Shown here: positions 8,536-15,650 of the stretch, piece by piece
How the letters are laid out: each line of letters starts with the position of its first letter
Numbering within the stretch: the first letter of the stretch is position 1
DNA from: Candidatus Omnitrophota bacterium
GTDB lineage: Bacteria > Omnitrophota > Gorgyraeia > Zapsychrales > JANLHA01
Direction: 5' to 3'
Length of the DNA stretch: 32,000 nt
Assembly: GCA_963662715.1 (NCBI GenBank)
Contig: OY759724.1
Span: forward strand, 960,001 to 992,000
The notes under the pieces: generated by a model
Told to the model about the DNA's origin: nothing
The model's input: the letters and a program-made list of their open reading frames with translations, nothing else
Databases searched by the model: none
Program-made: the position numbers and the translations under genes

Positions 8536-10128
8536 TTATTTTTTGCGTCTGCCGATTTTGCCGTAATTCTGCAGCCAGTGATAAATCTTGCGGGCCTGGT
8601 CGATCCTCAGCATGAAACATAAAACCCCGTAGAGCAAAATGCCCAAGACCATCACTGTCGCCAGGCGGATGATTTCGTTGGGAATGCAGGAATAATGCCA
8701 AAGCCAGTTGACCACGGCCCCGGTCGCCACACTGGCTAAAAGGACTTTCGCAATAAACATCCTGAACCCGCCGTTAATGCCGCCCAGGCGTTTATCCAGG
8801 TGATAAAACAGCCAGAGGAAGTCAATGGACGCGGCGATGGAACTGGCCAGGGCAATCCCCCCGACTTTCAGGGGGATCATCAGGACAATGTTCAACACCG
8901 CATTGACGACCAGGCAGACAGCCGCGATTTTAACCGGGGTTTTCGTGTCCTGCAGCGCATGGAACGCCGTGACCAGAATCTTTATCCCCCCGAAGCTGAA
9001 CAGGCCGATGGAATAAAACAACAAGGCCCAGGACGTGATGGACGTCGAGTATTGGTCGAACTGGCCGCGTTCAAAAAAGATCCGGATAATCGGGGCGGAT
9101 AAAATCATCAGCATGATGCTGAAAGGGAACATGACAAAAAAAATGTTCTCCAGGATAAAAACAACGGTCGTCTTCAGCTGGTGAAGATTTTTCTGCGAAG
9201 CCAGGCCCGACAAGGTCGGCAGAACGGCCGAAGCCAGGGCAAAACCGAACACGCCCATGGGAAACTGGATGATCCGGTTGGAATAGTATATCGCGGAAAT
9301 GCCTCCGACACCTATAATGGACGACAGCGAGGCGCAGAACGTGTCAATGAAAACGTTCAGCTGATACACGCCCGCGCCGATAATGCGGGGGACTAAAAGT
9401 TTCCCCACCCGGATCGCGCCGGGATGATTCAGCGGCAGAGGTTTTTGCAGGCGGATCCCTTTTTTCAGTAAAGGGCGGATCTGAATCAGCAGCTGCAGGA
9501 GGCCGCCCACCAGCACCCCGGCGGCCAGGCCGTAAACCGGTTCGGATAAATACCGGGACGAAAGCAGGGCGCTGATAATAATCGCGATATTCAGCAGGCA
9601 CGGGCTGAAGGCCGGAGCCGTGAAAGACCGGAAAGTGTAGAGAATCGCCATGGAATACGCCGTCAACCCGATTAAAATGAGGTAGGGGAACATGATCTTT
9701 GTCAACCGGATCGTCAAATACAGTTTTTCCGGATGGGACATAAATCCGGGGGCGATAAGCCGCACGATATAGGGGGCCAAAAGGATGCCCAAGAGGGTCA
9801 AAAGGCTCAAAGAAATCAGGGCTAAAGCCAGGATAACGCTGACAAAATGCCAGAATTCCTTGCGGTCCTTCTGGATGAGGTATTCGGAAAAGACCGGGAC
9901 AACCGCGGAATTGGCGGCCCCTTCCCCGACAAAATCGCGGAACAGGTTGGGGATCTTGAAGGCGACGAAAAAAGCGTCCGCCTGGAAGCCGGTCCCGAAG
10001 AATTTGGCCAATATAATATCGCGGGTAAACCCAAGAATACGTGATGTTAGCGTGCCTCCGGAAATAATAGAGGTCGACTTTATAATGGAGCCGTGGGAAT
10101 CGGCTTGTCTGGATTTATTATTTGACAT
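8536..10128 (-). CDS. murJ: Lipid II flippase MurJ (MviN)
   Basis: Characteristic N-terminus (SRILGFTRDIILAKFFGTGFQADAFFVAFKIPNLFRDFVGEGAANSAVVPVFSEY). 530 aa with about 14 predicted TM helices. Confidence 0.9.
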   Translation of the reverse strand: MSNNKSRQADSHGSIIKSTSIISGGTLTSRILGFTRDIILAKFFGTGFQADAFFVAFKIPNLFRDFVGEGAANSAVVPVFSEYLIQKDRKEFWHFVSVILALALISLSLLTLLGILLAPYIVRLIAPGFMSHPEKLYLTIRLTKIMFPYLILIGLTAYSMAILYTFRSFTAPAFSPCLLNIAIIISALLSSRYLSEPVYGLAAGVLVGGLLQLLIQIRPLLKKGIRLQKPLPLNHPGAIRVGKLLVPRIIGAGVYQLNVFIDTFCASLSSIIGVGGISAIYYSNRIIQFPMGVFGFALASAVLPTLSGLASQKNLHQLKTTVVFILENIFFVMFPFSIMLMILSAPIIRIFFERGQFDQYSTSITSWALLFYSIGLFSFGGIKILVTAFHALQDTKTPVKIAAVCLVVNAVLNIVLMIPLKVGGIALASSIAASIDFLWLFYHLDKRLGGINGGFRMFIAKVLLASVATGAVVNWLWHYSCIPNEIIRLATVMVLGILLYGVLCFMLRIDQARKIYHWLQNYGKIGRRKK

Positions 10129-10150
10129 TCACATGCCTCTCTGCTATAGT
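10122..10150 (+). promoter_or_regulatory. Near-consensus sigma70 promoter for rpsT
   Basis: TTGACA (10122-10127), a 17-nt spacer, and an extended -10 TGcTATAGT (10142-10150). The -35 hexamer overlaps the murJ start codon on the other strand. Confidence 0.6.
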
Positions 10151-10179
10151 ATGAAATTCAAAAGAAAGGAGTGTTCGAG

Positions 10180-10446
10180 TTGCCACAAAGAAGATCTGCT
10201 ATTAAAGAACTGCGAAAAAACCGTAAAAATAAAATGCATAATCTTGATGTTAAGACTGATTTAAAGAAAACGGTTAAAAAATTCCTGACATCTGTAGGCC
10301 AGAACAAGAAATCGGAAGCTGAAGATCAGTTAAAAACGGTTTATAAAAAACTGGACAAGGCCGCCAAGAGAAAAATCATGCATAAAAATACGGTTGCCCG
10401 ACGTAAATCCCGTTTTAGCACCATGACCAATAAATTAGCTGCATAG
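10180..10446 (+). CDS. rpsT: 30S ribosomal protein S20
   Basis: PQRRSAIKELRKNRKNKMHNLDVKTDLKKTVKKF... is S20-like: basic and about 88 aa. The track starts at GTG 10171. I prefer the in-frame TTG at 10180, which lies 8 nt after AAGGAG (10166-10171). Confidence 0.85.
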   Translation: MPQRRSAIKELRKNRKNKMHNLDVKTDLKKTVKKFLTSVGQNKKSEAEDQLKTVYKKLDKAAKRKIMHKNTVARRKSRFSTMTNKLAA

Positions 10447-10484
10447 CTAAAACCCGCCTGACATCCGTCACCTTTTCCTTTATT

Positions 10485-11144
10485 TTACGTCATGAGTCCT
10501 GAGAGTTTTACGACGACCAATTCCAAGGCATAATCCGGACGAATACGGCTGCGTTTAATATTCAAATCCGCTTCCTGAAGGAACTTTAATCCCTGCTCAT
10601 ACCGCACCGCGGGAAGGCGGTTCTGTATCTTCCGCCAGAACCACACAAGAGCCCCCATAATCTGTAACGGCTGATCCCCTTCTCTTAACAAATGTGACAA
10701 AATTTTCAACGCCGCGGCAGGCTGACGGCTTGAGATAGCCTGGGTCATATCAAAAACATTCTGTTTTTGCGGAGGGGTCGTGCTGAAAAGGTCGGCCTGA
10801 GGCTTGATTTTTTTAACAAAAGCGTCTGTTAAGGACAGCCGCTCCGCATCCAGGATCAGGATGATATACTGCGACGGGGACTGCGCGAAGCTCAGGAGGA
10901 TCTCTTTGATCTTTTTATCCAGCCGGTGGCAGTTTTTAAGCAGAACGACTTTCCTGGACGCAACAGCCGGCAAACCTAAAAGTGTTTCCTGCAACGCGCG
11001 CGGGTCGATCTTGGAGGCGTCATGCACTTCGTAGTCTAATTTAACGGCATCTGCCGATGAGAGCCACTTCTGCCTCAGGGCAGCGATTTTCTTTTCTTTC
11101 GGGCCGGAATCTTCTCCGATAAAAAAGCAGACTGTTTTGCTCAC
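10485..11144 (-). CDS. holA: DNA polymerase III delta subunit (HolA), short form
   Basis: HolA-like C-terminal region (AAALKILSHLLREGDQPLQIMGALVWFWRK...LQEADLNIKRSR). The track ORF starts at 11315 but would overlap lptE by 122 nt. The in-frame GTG at 11142-11144 (VSKTVCFFIGED...) removes the overlap. The start is uncertain. Confidence 0.6.
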   Translation of the reverse strand: MSKTVCFFIGEDSGPKEKKIAALRQKWLSSADAVKLDYEVHDASKIDPRALQETLLGLPAVASRKVVLLKNCHRLDKKIKEILLSFAQSPSQYIILILDAERLSLTDAFVKKIKPQADLFSTTPPQKQNVFDMTQAISSRQPAAALKILSHLLREGDQPLQIMGALVWFWRKIQNRLPAVRYEQGLKFLQEADLNIKRSRIRPDYALELVVVKLSGLMT

Positions 11145-11193
11145 GGTCCCCCCTGAACCACCTGTCCTCTTGCTGTCGCGGACATGGATAACA

Positions 11194-11727
11194 TTACCAG
11201 TTCTCAATCGTGCGTTCGACAACTCTTCGGGCCAAATCCAAAGTCGCGGCTTCGACCGCGGAACTCTCGGACGTAGCCAAAGCTCCGGAGACAAAATAGG
11301 TGGCTTCCCCGGCAAACCCGGATTCCTCCCAAAGAATCTCGTCGTACCGCCGGTCTTTTAAAACAAGGGATACGATCACGTGCACCCGGTATTCCTGCAC
11401 TTCATCGTCATCCGTATATCGCAAGGCTACACGTTCATAGTTGATCAACTCCCCGCTTAAAATCAAGTCCGCCTCATTTTCTTCGCGAACCTTAAGGTTG
11501 CCGTCAAAAAGAAAACGGTCGATGATAGCGTTGCGGACTTTCACCTCCAACAGGGGGAAATACAGCTGGCGATCCGTGCTTGTCGTATAATTGATCTTGT
11601 TCGGAAACGGTTTGATGTGGATTGTTTGCAAACGTGACGGCAAGGCGGATTGGGTCGTATACCCGCACCCCCCCGCCAGGAGAAAAATGGTGAGCACCCA
11701 AGACCAGACATGAGACAACTTTTTCAT
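11194..11727 (-). CDS. lptE: LPS-assembly lipoprotein LptE-like
   Basis: Lipobox MKKLSHVWSWVLTIFLLAGGCGY. Size and position immediately upstream of holA match the conserved lptE-holA pairing known from E. coli. The start overlaps the bamD-like stop as ATGA. Confidence 0.6.
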   Translation of the reverse strand: MKKLSHVWSWVLTIFLLAGGCGYTTQSALPSRLQTIHIKPFPNKINYTTSTDRQLYFPLLEVKVRNAIIDRFLFDGNLKVREENEADLILSGELINYERVALRYTDDDEVQEYRVHVIVSLVLKDRRYDEILWEESGFAGEATYFVSGALATSESSAVEAATLDLARRVVERTIENW

Positions 11728-12683
11728 AGACTACCTTTTTTATTGATCTCCCGGATTTTATTTAAAGCTTTGGGCGCAAAACTGGTCCCTTTATATTCTT
11801 CGACAATTTTGTTGTAATATATCTTCGCGGCCTGGTACTTCTTGCCTTTTTCATAAAACTCGGCGACCATAAAATGCTGTTCTGCTTCTTTTTCTCTTAA
11901 TGTATTGATCTGCTTCTCGGCCTCCTTGGAAAGTTTGGCATTGGGATTATCGTCTAAATAACCTTCCAGTTCCTGAATCGCGATTTCCGTAATTTTCTGG
12001 TCATACGGGGCGTCCGCCGACCTTTTGGCATCAGACAAAGCAATCTGGTAACGCGCGGCCTGCGCCCATTCGCTTTCCGGATAGTCGTTCATCGTCTTTT
12101 CAAATTCATCCCGTGCCTCCTGGAATAAACCTTTCTTCTGCAGATATAAGGCAATCTTATACTGGGCGGACGCCGCATATTTCCCGTAAGGAGCGTTTTT
12201 AATGACGGTCCGAAAAACCTCAACCACAAAGGCGTCTATACCCGCCCCGCCCTGAAAAAATCCGACTTTCACCTTCCCTTCCAGAACCGTAACGCCTATT
12301 TCATACTGGCGCTCGACGACCTCGCCGAATCTTTCTGAAAAAGGGTATTTATCGATAACGATTTGATAACTCTTAAAGGCCTTCACATAAGCCCTCTCCT
12401 GGTCCAGGATGTCCGCCAAATAAAACTGGGCCTCAGCCGCTTCTTTGGCCTTGGGATAATGCTTGAGGAGTTTGTTCAGTTCCGTACTGGCCTTCTCAAA
12501 TTCATTGGCCTCATAAAAACTCAAAGCAAACTCCAGCTGCTCCTGAGGAGTTTCCTTAACAGTGTATTTGGGGTTAACCCATTTATTGCTTTCCGGCGTC
12601 CACACCCAAAAGGCCTCGGCCGGAGGAAGGGGAACGGAAAGAAAAATCACTGTTAATATAAGGTAAGGAAAAAATTTTCTCAT
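11724..12683 (-). CDS. bamD: BamD/YfiO-like TPR outer-membrane assembly factor
   Basis: Signal peptide followed by TPR repeats (LEFALSFYEANEFEKASTELNKLLKHYPKAKEAAEAQFYLADI...). Translationally coupled to the lptE-like gene. There is no lipobox Cys, so this is a BamD-like call rather than a certain one. Confidence 0.55.
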   Translation of the reverse strand: MRKFFPYLILTVIFLSVPLPPAEAFWVWTPESNKWVNPKYTVKETPQEQLEFALSFYEANEFEKASTELNKLLKHYPKAKEAAEAQFYLADILDQERAYVKAFKSYQIVIDKYPFSERFGEVVERQYEIGVTVLEGKVKVGFFQGGAGIDAFVVEVFRTVIKNAPYGKYAASAQYKIALYLQKKGLFQEARDEFEKTMNDYPESEWAQAARYQIALSDAKRSADAPYDQKITEIAIQELEGYLDDNPNAKLSKEAEKQINTLREKEAEQHFMVAEFYEKGKKYQAAKIYYNKIVEEYKGTSFAPKALNKIREINKKGSL

Positions 12684-12721
12684 ATTGTCTGTAATCTCCG
12701 GATATGTTCAAACACTGCGAC

Positions 12722-12750
12722 AATTTATCACAGGATAGTCTGTTTGTCAA
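12722..12750 (-). promoter_or_regulatory. Candidate sigma70 promoter for the bamD-lptE-holA operon
   Basis: On the minus strand: TTGACA (12745-12750), a 17-nt spacer, TAAATT (12722-12727). It lies about 40 nt upstream of the ATG at 12683. Confidence 0.55.
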
Positions 12751-12788
12751 TTACGGTCCATGGCTATGCAAAAACAGAATATCCCGGA

Positions 12789-14426
12789 TCAACGATCAAT
12801 AAGATGATGATTCCTTAGTATTTTATTATTCTTACTAAAATGAGTCCATATAATATATAAAAAAAATAATACTACATAATATATAATAAGTTCTCTAAAA
12901 TGAAATCCCCTGATCCGCAGGTAAGCACAAGGCATCCGGCTCAGAGCGTAGGCAAGAGCAACCATACCATTCAAGGAAACTTTAAGGCAAGTAACAAAAA
13001 CAGGCACCGCAGGCGGCAGACAAAAACCAAGGATAAGAAACGCCATCCCCAGAGACACGATCAAGGCCATAAGCGGCACGATAAAAAGATTTGCCAGGAC
13101 GGCAAACGGCGTCAGGTATTCGAAATAATAGGCCACTAAGCCTGCGGCCCCTAACCAGGCGGACAAAGAAACGCTTAAAGAAGTTTTTAAATATCTGCAG
13201 ATAAAAGAATCATTCCGGGCGGGGGCCTGCGGCCATAAAGCGCTGATCCGCGGGTATAACACGAGAATAAAAAACACGCAGGTAAAGGAAAGCTGAAACC
13301 CGATCTCAAACAAAGCGGTGGGGGAAAAAAACAAAATCAGCAGGGCAGCCACAGCCCAGGTATTGAGGACCACGCTTTCCCTTTCTACGACATAACTCGT
13401 AAAAAAAATTGCGGCCATGATAGAAGCCCTGACGACCGAGGGCCGCCCGCCTGTCAACAAGATATAAAATATCAGCCCCATAATGACCAGCATGTAGGCG
13501 TACGGCCGCTGCGGCACTAAAATGCGCGCTAAAATTAAAATGATACTGCAGAAAATACCGACATGCAGACCGCTGATCGCCAGGACATGCGCCGTTCCGG
13601 TCCTGTTGAAAATGTCCCGGACTGCGGCCGGCAAAGAGGAACGGTCCCCTAATAAAAGCATCGACAGCAAGGCGGTTTCCTCCGGATGAAAATACCTGGC
13701 AAGCTGTGAACGGGCCCGCGCTTTCCATCGCCGCAGACCTGGCCGCCAGCCGCCTTGCTGTTTCGCGATGACATAAAACAGGCGGTCCCGGCTGACGCTG
13801 ATAATCCACGACACCCCTTGTCTTTTAAGATACTGCTTATAAGAAAATTTCCGCCCGCGCGTAAAATTATACGGCCGGTGCATTATCCCTTCCAGCAGCA
13901 ATTCGTCTCCGTGTTGGATATCCCGGTTCTGGTATAGATGCACAACAATCTTACCCGCGGCCGGTTCGAACATCTCCCCCCTGCCGCCCGCTTCCCCGGA
14001 GGGGCCGCTGATACCTGCGGATACAGGCGGCTTGATGTGCAGAACCTTCATGCGAAATATTCTCCGGTGCCCGTTAAGCGTGTCCCGGCACTGCGGTTCC
14101 GTTATCACAATACCGTGAAGCAGGACACTCTGCCGGGATAAGGCATACGGGAGCCGCGATATATCATGAGGGGCGCGGGCATAATCGGCCGAAAGAGCCA
14201 GACTGCCGCAACAGATATAAGCCAAGGCCAGCAGGACATGAGAGACGATACGGCGCTCCAGCGTCATGAGACCTGTTAACAGGAGAACAGCCGCCAAGGA
14301 CAGCCAGGGAATAAAACTCAGCCGGAAATATTCCTGCAGAATAATGCCGGATAAAAACATGATGGCGGCAAACAACATCGGCACTTGTCTAAGGAGAAAA
14401 ATTTTCTTTTTCATAAACCGCGACAT
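12789..14426 (-). CDS. comEC: ComEC/Rec2 DNA internalization channel protein (no metallo-beta-lactamase domain)
   Basis: Hallmark motif NRTGTAHVLAISGLHVG, an N-terminal DUF4131-like OB region and many TM helices. The start is uncertain: 14426 overlaps comEA by 38 nt, and alternative in-frame ATGs exist at 14414 and 14378. Confidence 0.85.
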   Translation of the reverse strand: MSRFMKKKIFLLRQVPMLFAAIMFLSGIILQEYFRLSFIPWLSLAAVLLLTGLMTLERRIVSHVLLALAYICCGSLALSADYARAPHDISRLPYALSRQSVLLHGIVITEPQCRDTLNGHRRIFRMKVLHIKPPVSAGISGPSGEAGGRGEMFEPAAGKIVVHLYQNRDIQHGDELLLEGIMHRPYNFTRGRKFSYKQYLKRQGVSWIISVSRDRLFYVIAKQQGGWRPGLRRWKARARSQLARYFHPEETALLSMLLLGDRSSLPAAVRDIFNRTGTAHVLAISGLHVGIFCSIILILARILVPQRPYAYMLVIMGLIFYILLTGGRPSVVRASIMAAIFFTSYVVERESVVLNTWAVAALLILFFSPTALFEIGFQLSFTCVFFILVLYPRISALWPQAPARNDSFICRYLKTSLSVSLSAWLGAAGLVAYYFEYLTPFAVLANLFIVPLMALIVSLGMAFLILGFCLPPAVPVFVTCLKVSLNGMVALAYALSRMPCAYLRIRGFHFRELIIYYVVLFFLYIIWTHFSKNNKILRNHHLIDR

Positions 14427-14748
14427 GAAGAATAATTTTAGAGAATTTATCGGGGCCGATACCTTTAACGCGCTGAAGTTCCTCTAAGTGCTTAAAATCC
14501 CCCTGCTCCTGCCGATAGTTTAAAATATTTTCGGCTGTCACGCGCCCGACGTAAGGAAGGGACATAAGCTCTTCCTGCGAGGCTGTGTTAATATCGAGTT
14601 TAGTGACATAAGCTTTGTCCGGCAGGAAATAAACCCAGCTGAAAAGAACCGGGAAACGCTTAATAAGCACTCGCAAAGTTGTCCCCAGGACAAAAACGCA
14701 GGCCAGGTAAACGAGGACAAGACGTTCTTGTTTGGTAAATTGCAGCAT
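14389..14748 (-). CDS. comEA: ComEA-like helix-hairpin-helix DNA receptor
   Basis: N-terminal TM helix, then LDINTASQEELMSLPYVGRVTAENILNYRQEQGDFKHLEELQRVKGIGPDKFSKI, a tandem HhH ComEA signature. Confidence 0.85.
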   Translation of the reverse strand: MLQFTKQERLVLVYLACVFVLGTTLRVLIKRFPVLFSWVYFLPDKAYVTKLDINTASQEELMSLPYVGRVTAENILNYRQEQGDFKHLEELQRVKGIGPDKFSKIILHVAVYEKENFSP

Positions 14749-14857
14749 AAATAAATTATCTGTCCTTGGTTAACAGTGTAAAAATGGATGACTGTGGGAT
14801 AATAATTATCAGGGGAAAGCTGGGGAAGAATAATGGGGAGAATGAAATATTGATAAA

Positions 14858-14885
14858 ATTTTATCAAAAAAGGCCTGATTGTCAA
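14858..14885 (-). promoter_or_regulatory. Candidate sigma70 promoter for comEA-comEC
   Basis: On the minus strand: TTGACA (14880-14885), a 16-nt spacer, and an extended -10 TGaTAAAAT (-10 hexamer at 14858-14863). The -10 lies inside the perfect 16-nt palindrome TGATAAAATTTTATCA (14851-14866). Confidence 0.55.
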
Positions 14886-14907
14886 TTTTTTTCAACAGAG
14901 CTGTTTT

Positions 14908-14947
14908 CCAAAAAATAGAAGAGACAGCCCGTAACCGGGCTGCCTCT
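14908..14947 (-). terminator. Rho-independent terminator downstream of the TRL lipoprotein gene
   Basis: On the minus strand: AGAGGCAGCCCG-GTTA-CGGGCTGTCTCT, a 12-bp stem with one G-U pair, followed by TCTATTTTTTGG. On the + strand the same position is an A-C mismatch, which favours function on the minus strand. Confidence 0.75.
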
Positions 14948-14970
14948 TTTATACCTGATACGGCTTTCAG

Positions 14971-15273
14971 TTACTCCCCATAAGCGACAACACACTGCTG
15001 GGCGAATAAAATGTAATTGCTGTATTTTTGATCTACAACGTTGACTTTGGAAATACCTGCACTGGCTGCTGCGTCAACCACAGATGCATTTCCGAACGGA
15101 CCCAAAAGCCCTAAAACATAAAGCTGGCAGGATTCACCCTGTTTCATGGTTTCAGAAAAATCTGTCGACTGAAGATCGGTGGAGTTGATGACCGGCGTCC
15201 ACAACGTCGTACATCCAACAAGCCCCATTCCGACAAGACATAAAACCAATAATTTAATACCAACTTTTCTCAT
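14971..15273 (-). CDS. TRL-like family lipoprotein
   Basis: Lipobox MRKVGIKLLVLCLVGMGLVGCTT. TRL-like core: GESCQLYVLGLLGPFGNASVVDAAASAGISKVNVVDQKYSNYILFAQQCVVAYGE. AGGAGG-type SD (aaaaGGAGGcagtATG). Confidence 0.7.
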   Translation of the reverse strand: MRKVGIKLLVLCLVGMGLVGCTTLWTPVINSTDLQSTDFSETMKQGESCQLYVLGLLGPFGNASVVDAAASAGISKVNVVDQKYSNYILFAQQCVVAYGE

Positions 15274-15371
15274 ACTGCCTCCTTTTGTGATTTTTATGAT
15301 TTATCTATCCTGCTTAGTCTTAAAGCTTTTATAAAGATGAACGCGCCGCGCACCCGGGATAGGATATTATT

Positions 15372-15399
15372 GTTATAATACAAATTAATTTTTTAGCAA
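15372..15399 (-). promoter_or_regulatory. Possible sigma70 promoter for the TRL gene
   Basis: On the minus strand: TTGCTA (15394-15399), a 16-nt spacer, TATAAC (15372-15377). The same DNA reads TGtTATAAT on the + strand (TATAAT at 15374-15379), so the orientation is ambiguous. Confidence 0.3.
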
Positions 15400-15650
15400 T
15401 AGGATAATACTGCCTAAAGTTGACCTTTTTTGACATCTATCCGGGAATCTCACGTAGAACACTCGCTATAAGAAACCGCAAGAATGCACAACAGTCATTT
15501 CTTATGTCGTATATTATGCGTTTAGCCAATTCAAAAGTCAAGACCTTCAGTCATATGTTTACTAAGAAAATAACAACGACTTTGTTTAAGCATTCGCTTA
15601 AACACTAATGAAGATATAAACAAAAATGGACATTCTGATGCTTAAATCGG

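Noticed and set aside
8318-8701. 127-aa minus-strand ORF bridging the uvrC start and the murJ end
   Set aside because: It overlaps two well-supported genes in other frames. It is Arg/Ser/Pro-rich with no motif.
13306-13809. 167-aa alternative-frame minus-strand ORF inside comEC
   Set aside because: It is out of frame with the ComEC sequence, which carries the diagnostic motifs. Its Ala/Arg/Gly-rich composition is typical of an off-frame translation.
15420-15608. 62-aa + strand ORF (TTG start) in the long AT-rich spacer
   Set aside because: It has no RBS and a non-ATG start. Its composition is simply what AT-rich DNA produces, and I recognise no motif. It is more likely non-coding.
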